Assembly (NCBI GenBank): GCA_049520575.1
Contig: JBEKPQ010000001.1
Coordinates: 20,333 to 84,332, forward strand
DNA: 64,000 bases
Direction: 5' to 3'
Source: Thermodesulfobacteriota bacterium
GTDB lineage: Bacteria; Desulfobacterota; RBG-13-43-22
The notes beneath the pieces are model-generated. The model ran no database searches. It worked only from the letters and a program-made list of their open reading frames with translations, and was not told the DNA's origin. A program made the translations under genes and the position numbers. Shown piece by piece: positions 1 through 8,730 of the stretch. Position 1 is the stretch's first letter; each line of letters opens with the position of its first letter.

Positions 1-162
1 GATCGGATGAAAGAAGGAGAGGACCAGAAAAATCCCGGCGATGCAGACCCACAAAAAGGAATATTCTTCCATCAAAAGTCTTCGACGTACCAGGGAAAAA
101 ATCCAGACCAATAGAAACACCGATAAAAAGAAGGTGCTGATTTTCAGCGCTAAAAAATTCAT
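1..162 (-). CDS. DUF2304-like membrane protein (runs off the window edge)
   Basis: Manual translation MNFLALKISTFFLSVFLLVWIFSLVRRRLLMEEYSFLW...; the 'LVRRR.L.EEYS.LW' pattern downstream of a GT2 gene is typical of DUF2304. Confidence 0.7.
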   Translation of the reverse strand, partial: MNFLALKISTFFLSVFLLVWIFSLVRRRLLMEEYSFLWVCIAGIFLVLSFFHPI

Positions 163-165
163 GAA

Positions 166-864
166 TCACCTCCCGGATTGCCGGTTAAAGGAAATAATCG
201 AGGTCAAAACCCTGACCATGTAATAAACACTTCTCAGCGGGGTGATGGAAGATTTCCCCCCCGGCCGGTTCCGCATCTGAACCGGGAGTTCGATGATCTT
301 ACAACCCTGACTTTTAAGATAGCTGATAGATTCCGGTTCAGGAAACTCTCCCAGATAGGTTTGAGACAAAAGCCGAATGGCCCGATGTGAATAGGCCCTG
401 AACCCGGAAGTATTATCAACAATATTCTGCCCCACCGCCAGGGCATTCACCCACTGGAAAAGGCGATTCCCCGTTCGCCGGAGCCACGAACCTCGGTAGC
501 CGGTTTGTTCTATAAACCGGGAGCCGATCACCAGATCGGCCTTTTCTTCCGCCAGGATCTGAAGCAGCCGGGGCCCTTCCAGGGCCGGATGTTGATAATC
601 GCCGTCGATCTGCAAGGCTTTGGAGTAATAGTGCGCGCAGGCATATTTGAAACCCGTTTGGACCGCTGCGCCGATCCCCATATTATAGGGATGGTCGATC
701 ACCTTGACTCCTGCATTTCGAGCTAAAAGAGAGGTTTGATCCATAGAGCCGTCGTTGACTACCAGGATATCCGCTTCAGGCAAATGAGTCTGTATATCCT
801 CAATGACCCGAAGAATATTGGCTTCTTCCTGATAAGCAGGTACTATGATCAAGGTCGTCTTCAT
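166..864 (-). CDS. GT2 glycosyltransferase (DPM/DPG synthase-like)
   Basis: IIVPAYQE, VVNDGS.D, QIDGD.QH, GSRF, D.TSGFRAY motifs. Confidence 0.88.
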   Translation of the reverse strand: MKTTLIIVPAYQEEANILRVIEDIQTHLPEADILVVNDGSMDQTSLLARNAGVKVIDHPYNMGIGAAVQTGFKYACAHYYSKALQIDGDYQHPALEGPRLLQILAEEKADLVIGSRFIEQTGYRGSWLRRTGNRLFQWVNALAVGQNIVDNTSGFRAYSHRAIRLLSQTYLGEFPEPESISYLKSQGCKIIELPVQMRNRPGGKSSITPLRSVYYMVRVLTSIISFNRQSGR

Positions 865-895
865 AAAAAATAATCAGGTAATCTGAAATCCTAAA

Positions 896-2626
896 TCAGT
901 CGATCGTTTCATTATCCCGAAACTGAATTTCATAAAGCCTCTTATATTCTCCGTTTAAGGCCATCAGGCGGTCGTGGTTGCCCTCCTCAACAATTCTTCC
1001 ATCGGCCAGGACGATAATCCGATCCACATTCCGAATGGTTGAAAAACGATGAGCGATGATAAAAGTAGTCCGGCCTTTCATTAGGTTTTCCAGGGCCCGC
1101 TGGACTTCCGCTTCCGAATCCGAATCCAGGGAAGAAGTGGCTTCATCCAGGATCAAGATGGGGACATCCTTGAGCAGTGCCCGGGCAATGGCGATACGCT
1201 GTCGTTCCCCACCGGAAAGGCGAACCCCATGTTCACCGATCATCGTGTCCATTTTTTCTGGAAGACGCAGGATAAAGTCATAGGCATAAGCGGCCTGCGC
1301 CGCCCGGATGATTTCGTCTTCCGTTTTCTCCGGAGAGCCATAGGCGATATTGTTACGGACCGTATCGTTAAACAGGATGGTCTGCTGGGTAACCATGCCG
1401 ATCTGCCGGCGCAAAGAGGCCTGAGTGATGGCTTTAATGGACCGGTTGTCAATTAAAATGTCACCTTCACTGGCCTCATAAAACCTGGGGATCAGGTTGA
1501 CCAGGGTTGTTTTGCCGCCGCCGCTGGTGCCGACTATAGCAATAATTTCCCCGACCTTGACTTCAAGATCAATTCCTTTGAGCACCCAATCGTTTCCATA
1601 TCCAAAAGATACGTTATTAAAAACAATCCCCTCTCGGATTTCATTGATGGCTTTGGCCCCCTCATGATCACGAATTTCCTCGGGGATGTCCATGACTTCA
1701 AAAACCCTGATGCCCGCTGCCATCCCTTGTTGAATCGTGCTGTTGACCCCGCTTAAATGTTTTATCGGCTCATAGAGCATCAACAGGGCCGTTAAAAATG
1801 AAAAGAAAGTCCCCGGGGTGGAATAACCTTTAATGACCTGGTATCCCCCATACCAGATAATGGCAGCAATACCGATACCTCCTAAAAATTCCATAATCGG
1901 AGGGGTTATGGACTTGATTGAAACATCCTTCATGGTCAATTGAAAATATTTCCGGACCTTCTGATTGAAGCGTTCAATCTCATGGTTTTCGGTATTGAAG
2001 GCCTTGACGATCCGATTTCCAAACAAGGTTTCATGCAGGTGAATGGAAATATCGGCCATGGTCTTTTGACTTTGAGTGCTGATCTTCCGAAGCTTCCGGC
2101 CGAATTTTACAATAGGGAACACCGCAATCGGGAGCACCAAAATGGCCAGGATGGCCAACTGCCAATCGCGATAAAAGATGACCCCGACCAGACCCAGGAT
2201 GGTAAAGGAATCTTTGAGGATGCCGGTCACTGCACTGGAAACCGCCCCCTGGATTAAGGTGACATCGTTGGTAATTCGGGACATGAGCAGACCGGTTGCG
2301 GTGCGATCAAAATAGGACAGGGAAAGCTTTTGCAAATGGGCATAGAGCGCCTCCCTCAGATTGGCAATAATCTTTTCTCCCACAAAACTCATCAGATAGG
2401 ATTGCCCATAAGCGAAAATACCCTTAATCATATATAAAAGGATGATAAGGGGGGGCAATAAATGGAGGGTTGATATTTTCTTCTGAAAAAATATATCATC
2501 CAGGACCGGTTTGACCATGAAGGCCATCAAGGAGGTGACCCCGGCCACCACCAGCATGCAGACCATGGCGGCCAATAACCGGACCCAGTAGGGTTTAATG
2601 AGATGGATAATTCGTTGGGTAATCAT
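896..2626 (-). CDS. msbA: Lipid A export ABC transporter MsbA
   Basis: TMD plus NBD (GTSGGGKT, LSGGERQR, ILDEATS); follows lpxB. Confidence 0.9.
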   Translation of the reverse strand: MITQRIIHLIKPYWVRLLAAMVCMLVVAGVTSLMAFMVKPVLDDIFFQKKISTLHLLPPLIILLYMIKGIFAYGQSYLMSFVGEKIIANLREALYAHLQKLSLSYFDRTATGLLMSRITNDVTLIQGAVSSAVTGILKDSFTILGLVGVIFYRDWQLAILAILVLPIAVFPIVKFGRKLRKISTQSQKTMADISIHLHETLFGNRIVKAFNTENHEIERFNQKVRKYFQLTMKDVSIKSITPPIMEFLGGIGIAAIIWYGGYQVIKGYSTPGTFFSFLTALLMLYEPIKHLSGVNSTIQQGMAAGIRVFEVMDIPEEIRDHEGAKAINEIREGIVFNNVSFGYGNDWVLKGIDLEVKVGEIIAIVGTSGGGKTTLVNLIPRFYEASEGDILIDNRSIKAITQASLRRQIGMVTQQTILFNDTVRNNIAYGSPEKTEDEIIRAAQAAYAYDFILRLPEKMDTMIGEHGVRLSGGERQRIAIARALLKDVPILILDEATSSLDSDSEAEVQRALENLMKGRTTFIIAHRFSTIRNVDRIIVLADGRIVEEGNHDRLMALNGEYKRLYEIQFRDNETID

Positions 2627-2646
2627 AGTATCCGTTGTTATAAATC

Positions 2647-2726
2647 AGGATTCAAGGATTCGAGAGTTCAAGAATTTGTTTCTTAGCCATTCCCTCGAAT
2701 CCTGGACCCCTTGATCCTTGAACCCT
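2647..2726. repeat. Inverted 8-mer tandem array (AGGATTCA-type arms)
   Basis: aggattca aggattcg agagttca ag ... ctcgaatc ctggaccc cttgatc cttgaaccct between lpxB and msbA. Confidence 0.75.
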
Positions 2727-2737
2727 GATTATTGCTT

Positions 2738-3874
2738 TCACTTCATCATCTCCCTGGCCAGTTGGGCTACTCGCATGGATGCCCCCGGTTTGCCTAATTT
2801 CTCTCCAACCTTTAAAAGTTCGTTGCGAATATTTTGATAATACCCAGGGTCCTCCAGATAACACTTGGCCCCCTCCGTAATCGCTTCCGGTAAGGCCTCA
2901 TTTTGAATATATTCGGGGATAATTTTTTTCCCCGCCACCCAATTGACCAGTCCCACGTATGGCACATCAATCAGCCGTCGGGCGATCCAGTAATTGACCG
3001 GAGAGATCTTATAAACAATAAGCATCGGGATCCCCAAGATAGCCGCCTCCAGGGTGACCGTGCCGGAAGCCACTATGGCCAGATGGCACCGGCCCATGGT
3101 CTTCTGGGAATCCTCAGAGGCCAATTGCAGCAAAACCCCACTGTCTTGATACGGCCGGATTTTTTCTCGGATAGGTTTGGAATCCAGGGTGCTGGCTACC
3201 GGGAGGACAAAACGAATCCTGTGTCCGTATTTCCTGGTCAATCGAGCGGCAGTCTCTAACAGCAAGGGTAGTATGGCCTTTATTTCCGTAGGCCGGCTTC
3301 CGGGAAAGAGACCGATCAGGGCTTGATCCTGAGGATAACCCTGCGAAGGCATTTCTCCTTGCCGGGTCCCGATTTCCATCCTGTCCAGAAGCGGGTGACC
3401 GACAAATTCAACCTCAACGCCATAAGATTTATAAAACTCTACCTCAAAAGGTAAGATCACCGCCAGGCGATCCACATAGCGAGCGATTTTTTTTATCCGG
3501 CCCGAACGCCAAGCCCAGACTTGGGGACTGATATAATACAGGACGGGGACCTTGGCCTCGTGGGCCACCCTGGCCAGAAGCAAGTTCATGTCCGGATAAT
3601 CGATCAGTATGAGCAAATCAGGTTTTGTTTTCCGCAATACCCCCTTGATCTTTTGATAGGCCTTGAACAAATGAGAAATCTTAAAAATCACCTCGGTAAA
3701 ACCTATCACATTCAAAGGGGGGGGATAGACCATCTTGACCCCCATCTCCTTCATTAGCGGGCCCCCTAACCCGAAAAAGGAAACGGGATCGCCCAATTGG
3801 ATTAAGGCCTTAATTAGTGAAGCCCCATGGAGGTCTCCAGAGGCTTCCCCGGCGATGATACATATTTTTTTAAT
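2738..3874 (-). CDS. lpxB: Lipid-A-disaccharide synthase LpxB; probable non-canonical ATT start
   Basis: Conserved IIAGEASGDLHG lies upstream of the ORF-track start; IDYPD, YYISPQVWAWR, FVGHPL, PGSR..EI, SGTVTLE; AAGGAG 7 nt before ATT, with an in-frame TAA two codons upstream. Confidence 0.9.
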   Translation of the reverse strand: MKKICIIAGEASGDLHGASLIKALIQLGDPVSFFGLGGPLMKEMGVKMVYPPPLNVIGFTEVIFKISHLFKAYQKIKGVLRKTKPDLLILIDYPDMNLLLARVAHEAKVPVLYYISPQVWAWRSGRIKKIARYVDRLAVILPFEVEFYKSYGVEVEFVGHPLLDRMEIGTRQGEMPSQGYPQDQALIGLFPGSRPTEIKAILPLLLETAARLTRKYGHRIRFVLPVASTLDSKPIREKIRPYQDSGVLLQLASEDSQKTMGRCHLAIVASGTVTLEAAILGIPMLIVYKISPVNYWIARRLIDVPYVGLVNWVAGKKIIPEYIQNEALPEAITEGAKCYLEDPGYYQNIRNELLKVGEKLGKPGASMRVAQLAREMMK

Positions 3875-3889
3875 TGCTTAACTCCTTAA

Positions 3890-4780
3890 CAAGAATTTCT
3901 AAAGGCCGAAGTATCCTTCAATTCTTTTAAAAAACCCAGGGTTTCAGGAGATCGATTGGCCAAAGTAAAATTCTTTTGAATCTCCTGGTTGATTCAAAGG
4001 GCCATGGCCAAAGCCTCTTTGCCATCCTCTCCACAAACCACCGGGTTGGACCTGGTTCTGACTGCCTTGATGAAAGACTGCAACTCCCTCTCCAAAGCAT
4101 CACCGGAATCTATGACCTCATTTTAAGCGGCATAGTGCGGTCCTTGGAGAGAATTTTCTCCACCTTGTTTTAGCTTGACTACGGATAAAATTTTAGCCCA
4201 AAATCTATAGAGATGTAGGCTGCCGGTTGAAAAATTCTCATCCTACTCATTTCCTGTAACGAGATCCGGCTGGAGGTAATATTGGCCACACAACCGCTTT
4301 GAAACTGAATGCGAACATTGACGATATCCACCTGCGGGGGAACAACCGGCACCCTTCCGGCTTGAATCTGTTGGGGTGGTGATTGACCCAGGTGCAGCAC
4401 CAAATCCAAATCATGAATCATTAAATCCAAAATGACATCCACCTTGGGTTTTGGCCAGAGAAATCAATTCTTCTGCCTCAACTAGGGATCGACTGATGGG
4501 CTTTTCAATCAAGGCATCGATTCGGTGGTGAAAAAAATCCTCGGCCACCTGGGCGTGTAGGGTGGTCGGCACAATGATACTGACCGCGTCAATTTGGGGA
4601 ATCAGTCGATGATAATCTTCATACCCGGGGATATGATATTGTCGTGAGAGGGCTTTCCGTCCCTCTGGGAGAAACTCGGCAATACCCAACAATTCCACAT
4701 CCGGCATTTGGGAAGACTTTTCCACATGGTATTTCCCCTAGTTGTCCGACCCCGACTACGCCGACTTTTATTTTTTCCAT
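3890..4780 (-). pseudogene. Gfo/Idh/MocA oxidoreductase (GnnA-like UDP-GlcNAc 3-dehydrogenase) pseudogene
   Basis: MEKIKVGVVGVGQLG, frameshift, ...VPTTLH...LIEKPI..., internal deletion/frameshift, DVILDLMIHDLD, ANITSSRIS, then DALERELQSFI...GEDGKEAL with in-frame stops; position between lpxI and lpxB. Confidence 0.8.
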
Positions 4781-4948
4781 TCGTTCCAATTAAACCCGTA
4801 TGCCCGCTTGCCGGGGGCACTAAGAAACCTGAAAATTTATTCAAAGGGTTCAAGGGGCCACGGGGTCAAGGATTAAAAGTTTATCATTCTAAAAACCAAT
4901 ACCCTTGAACTCTGTCCCGCTTCCAGCGAAATTGAATCCTATTTTTAT

Positions 4949-5761
4949 TTATTTTCTCGAAACAATTACCATCCGATACCTATTCGCCAATCGAACAGTC
5001 GCCTCCCGGTTAAAGATAATAGTTTTATGGGCCTCTATGGCCAAAATCCCGGCCTTGACTTCATGCATAGTCTGAATGGTCTTCTCTCCAACAGCTGGCA
5101 GATCAAAGCGAAGGTCTTGTATTGGCTTACTGACCTTAATGACCACTGCCTTTTCTTGGGCCAGTTTACCCCCTCTCCTTATGGTCTCATCGGTTCCTTC
5201 GATGGCTTCAACCGCCACGACAGCCCCGTTTCGGACCACCAGGCATTGCCCGATATCGAGCTTGCCGAGTTCCTTGGCCAGGGGCCACCCGAATTCAATG
5301 TCCTGTTCTTCCTCGGCAGTAGGCTGACGCCTGGTTAAGATCCCCAGAGGGGCCAATAAAGAGGGTAGAAAGGCAGTAGAAGAACTAACGTGAAATCCTT
5401 CTTTTTCTAATTTGGCCGCAACCATTCGCAAGAGTAAGTCGTCCTTCCGATGTACCAGCTTACTAAGGAGATCTCGCCCTTCCGTATCTGGCTGGGCTTT
5501 GGAAAACATCTTTTTTTTATCTACCCGGCCAGCCATCAGGACTTCCTTAACCCCTTCCTTTTTCAGGGTTCGGATTAATTTTCCAAATTCTCCCAGACGG
5601 ATCCAAAAAATTTTATCAACTAAGGATTCTAATTCAGAGAGGGTTTCTCCCAGATGGGCCACGGCTACAACCTTTTTCCCCTGTTGTTGAGCCGCCCTGG
5701 CGATCAACAAAGGAAAATCCCCGTTGCCGGCGATAAGCCCGATGGGAGATTGATCCCTCAT
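4949..5761 (-). CDS. lpxI: UDP-2,3-diacylglucosamine pyrophosphatase LpxI
   Basis: IGLIAGNGDFP, LDIGQ, AVEAIEGTD, QDLRFDLPAVG; follows lpxA. Confidence 0.92.
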   Translation of the reverse strand: MRDQSPIGLIAGNGDFPLLIARAAQQQGKKVVAVAHLGETLSELESLVDKIFWIRLGEFGKLIRTLKKEGVKEVLMAGRVDKKKMFSKAQPDTEGRDLLSKLVHRKDDLLLRMVAAKLEKEGFHVSSSTAFLPSLLAPLGILTRRQPTAEEEQDIEFGWPLAKELGKLDIGQCLVVRNGAVVAVEAIEGTDETIRRGGKLAQEKAVVIKVSKPIQDLRFDLPAVGEKTIQTMHEVKAGILAIEAHKTIIFNREATVRLANRYRMVIVSRK

Positions 5762-6543
5762 CAGCGGGTTATTCCCTGCTCTGAATTTCTGATAAATTCC
5801 ACAAAATGGGATACCTCTGGAAAAGAGGGAACCTCTTTTTCAATCCGCTTCAGGGCCTCTTTGAGGATCAAATGGGAGCGGAAGACAATCTGATAAGCTT
5901 CTTTAAGCGCCTCAATAGTTTCATCGGAAAAATCATAGCGTTTTAATCCGATGGTATTCAGACCCAATAATCTGGCCTTATCCCCTTCGACTTTGACGTA
6001 GGGAGGGATATCTTTTCTGACCCCGGTTTTGGCGCCGATATAGGCATAGGCCCCTACTCGGACGAAGGGCTGCACGGCCGTCAACCAGCCCAGGGTGGAA
6101 TGATCCTCGAGGGTCACATGTCCGGCCAGGGTGGCCAGGTTGACCATAACGATGTCGTTTCCCAAATGGCAGTCATGGCCGACGTGAACATAGGCATCCA
6201 ACAGATTATGATTTCCCAAGGTCGTGACGCCTCCCCCCCCGGAGGTGCCTCGACTGATGGTGACATATTCCCGAATGTCATTGTCGTCACCGATAATCAA
6301 TTCGGTTTTTTCCCCTTTGAATTTTAAATCCTGAGGGAGTCCGCCGATAGAGGTAAAAGGGGCGATGTGGCAATTTTTTCCGATCCGGGTATAGCGGTCG
6401 ATATGGACATGGGCGCCGATTTGAGTCCCTGAATCAATAAACACATCCCCTTCGATAATGGAGTAGGGTCCGATAGAGACATTTTCTCCCAGCTCGGTTT
6501 GAGGACCTATGATGGCTGTTGGATGAATGGTATGTGTGGACAT
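5761..6543 (-). CDS. lpxA: UDP-N-acetylglucosamine acyltransferase LpxA
   Basis: IHPTAII, hexapeptide repeats, PQDLKF, IREYVTI.RGT, HVGHDC, DIPPY, GLN..GLKR. Confidence 0.93.
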   Translation of the reverse strand: MSTHTIHPTAIIGPQTELGENVSIGPYSIIEGDVFIDSGTQIGAHVHIDRYTRIGKNCHIAPFTSIGGLPQDLKFKGEKTELIIGDDNDIREYVTISRGTSGGGGVTTLGNHNLLDAYVHVGHDCHLGNDIVMVNLATLAGHVTLEDHSTLGWLTAVQPFVRVGAYAYIGAKTGVRKDIPPYVKVEGDKARLLGLNTIGLKRYDFSDETIEALKEAYQIVFRSHLILKEALKRIEKEVPSFPEVSHFVEFIRNSEQGITR

Positions 6544-7007
6544 TAAGCCTCCTCGCCGGGCAGCGTATCTTTCTCATCGGAAATAAAGGCGGTGAGTTCG
6601 GCTTCAGCCACTAGATTTTCCCGGACAAAGGCCTTGGCCTGCATCTTCCAGACCTTTTGTCCCCGGCGCAAGGCGGTTAATTCCAAAATCAATTGATCCC
6701 CAGGAACCACCGGTTTTCTGAACTTTACCTTGTCGATGGCCAGAAAATAAAACAGGTTTTTCCCTATTTGGTGGGGGTTGGATTTGAAGGCCAGAATTCC
6801 ACCGGCCTGAGCCATCGCCTCAACAATCAATACTCCGGGCATGATCGGTTTTCCCGGGAAATGGCCTTGGAAAAAAGGTTCATTGATCGTCACATTTTTC
6901 AACCCGACCACCTTCTCATTCAGAGTGAATTCCAATATCCGATCCAACAGTAAAAAGGGATATCGATGGGGTAGAATCTTTTGGATTTCCTCATGACTTA
7001 GTTCCAT
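6543..7007 (-). CDS. fabZ: 3-hydroxyacyl-ACP dehydratase FabZ
   Basis: LPHRYPFLLLD, FQGHFP..PIMPGVL.VEAMAQ. Confidence 0.96.
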   Translation of the reverse strand: MELSHEEIQKILPHRYPFLLLDRILEFTLNEKVVGLKNVTINEPFFQGHFPGKPIMPGVLIVEAMAQAGGILAFKSNPHQIGKNLFYFLAIDKVKFRKPVVPGDQLILELTALRRGQKVWKMQAKAFVRENLVAEAELTAFISDEKDTLPGEEA

Positions 7008-8076
7008 AGTCTTTCTTTCTCTCTTTTATGATCTCAGCCTCCAAGAGACGAACCCGATCTTCCAAGGCCCGTAATTGTTTGGTCATCTCAGGCAATCGTT
7101 GAATAAGAAATCGGGTGCGTAAAAAGGTCTGATGAGGCATCGTCGTAATTCCCGAAACAATCTCGCCGGCCGGAATGGATTTAACCACTCCAGATTTGGC
7201 CCCTACCTTAACCCCATCCCCGATGGTGAGATGTCCGACCACACCGACTTGACCGGCCAGGACTACCCCTTTCCCAAGGGTGGAACTCCCGGATATGCCG
7301 ACTTGAGCAATTAGGAGAGAGTGTTCACCGACCACCACATTATGGGCCACATGAACCAGGTTGTCGGTTTTAACCCCGGTCTTGATCCAGGTCTTGCCCA
7401 GGGCCGCCCGGTCGATGGTATTATTGGCCCCGATCTCGCAATCGTCGTCTATCTGAACGATGCCCCTTTGAGGAATCTTGACATGAGCCATCCCTTCCTG
7501 GGCAAATCCAAACCCATCACTGCCGATCACCGTCCCGCTGTGAATGATAACCCGTTGTCCGATGATTGTTTCTGAAAGAATAGAAACGTTGGGATAAATA
7601 ATAGAATCCTTACCGATCCGGACCGAATCTCCCACATAAACTCCGGGATAAAGAACAACACCGTTTTCAATCTCCACCTGGTTTCCCAGATAGACAAAGG
7701 GATAAATGGAGACCTTATCCCCGATTCGGCAATCCTCACCGCGATGAGCCAGGGAACTTATGCCCAGTGGGTGTTCGGGTCGAGGTGCAAAAAACTGAGC
7801 GATCCTTGCATAGGCCAAGTAAGGATTGGAGGTAATTAATAAAGGCTTTGAGGTTTGTGGAAATTGGGATCCGACAATAACGGCCGAAGCCTGGGTGGTT
7901 TCCAGGTCTTTACCGTACTTGGGGTTACTTAAAAAAGTGATCTGACCCTTTTGGGCCTCCTGAATCCCGGAAATACCGATAAGCAAATTCTCACAGACCC
8001 CTCGGACCTCTCCTCCAACCAACCGGGCCAGTTGCTCCAAAGATACCCCAGAAGGGGATGCAGCAGGCGTCTTCAT
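6991..8076 (-). CDS. lpxD: UDP-3-O-acylglucosamine N-acyltransferase LpxD
   Basis: IGSDGFG, EIGAN.TIDR, DNLVHVAHNV, AQVGISGS. Confidence 0.95.
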   Translation of the reverse strand: MKTPAASPSGVSLEQLARLVGGEVRGVCENLLIGISGIQEAQKGQITFLSNPKYGKDLETTQASAVIVGSQFPQTSKPLLITSNPYLAYARIAQFFAPRPEHPLGISSLAHRGEDCRIGDKVSIYPFVYLGNQVEIENGVVLYPGVYVGDSVRIGKDSIIYPNVSILSETIIGQRVIIHSGTVIGSDGFGFAQEGMAHVKIPQRGIVQIDDDCEIGANNTIDRAALGKTWIKTGVKTDNLVHVAHNVVVGEHSLLIAQVGISGSSTLGKGVVLAGQVGVVGHLTIGDGVKVGAKSGVVKSIPAGEIVSGITTMPHQTFLRTRFLIQRLPEMTKQLRALEDRVRLLEAEIIKERKKDYGTKS

Positions 8077-8078
8077 GC

Positions 8079-8624
8079 TTATTTCTTTTTTTCCTTTTTG
8101 GTTTCGTTGGCGATTTTGATGACTTTATCGGTAATTTCCTCGACGGGTTTATTGAAATAAACCACCCCGGTCTTGGACTCCAGGATCAGGGTAAAACCTT
8201 CATCTTTGGCCACTTTTTTGGTAATCTCAAACAACTCATTTAAAAGAGGCTGCATGGCGTTATATTCATCTTTGTGCATTTCTTCTTCTCTTTTACGAAC
8301 CAGTTCCCTTAAATCTGCATCTTTCTGGATCAGTTCCTTTTCTCTTTCTCTCTTGGAATCTGCACTCAGGACATTGCTTTTTTTATTGAATTCTTCGCTC
8401 AATTTTTTCAATTCTTCCCGTTTGGCCTCCAAATCTTTTTTGATGTGATCCGCTTTGTCTTGAAGAATTTTCGAAGCCCTTTTGCCGGCCTCGGATTGCT
8501 GGATGCATTTCTGTAAATCAATAATCCCGATTTTAACAGACTCAGCGGCCCAGGAAGGAACGGCAATCCATAGAAGAATAATACCAGACACAAAAACAGT
8601 ACTTTTTAAAAAAAATTTGATCAT
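8079..8624 (-). CDS. skp: Skp/OmpH periplasmic chaperone
   Basis: Signal peptide, KIGIID, coiled coil, ITDKVI; between bamA and lpxD; start re-called to MIKFF after GGAG. Confidence 0.88.
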   Translation of the reverse strand: MIKFFLKSTVFVSGIILLWIAVPSWAAESVKIGIIDLQKCIQQSEAGKRASKILQDKADHIKKDLEAKREELKKLSEEFNKKSNVLSADSKREREKELIQKDADLRELVRKREEEMHKDEYNAMQPLLNELFEITKKVAKDEGFTLILESKTGVVYFNKPVEEITDKVIKIANETKKEKKK

Positions 8625-8730
8625 ATTTGGTCTCCTGACTGATAATAATTTCAAGGATTCAAGGGGGCCCGGGGCCAATCCCGCCACAGGCGGGACTCGA
8701 ATCCTGGAATCCTCGAACCCTACTTTCGTG

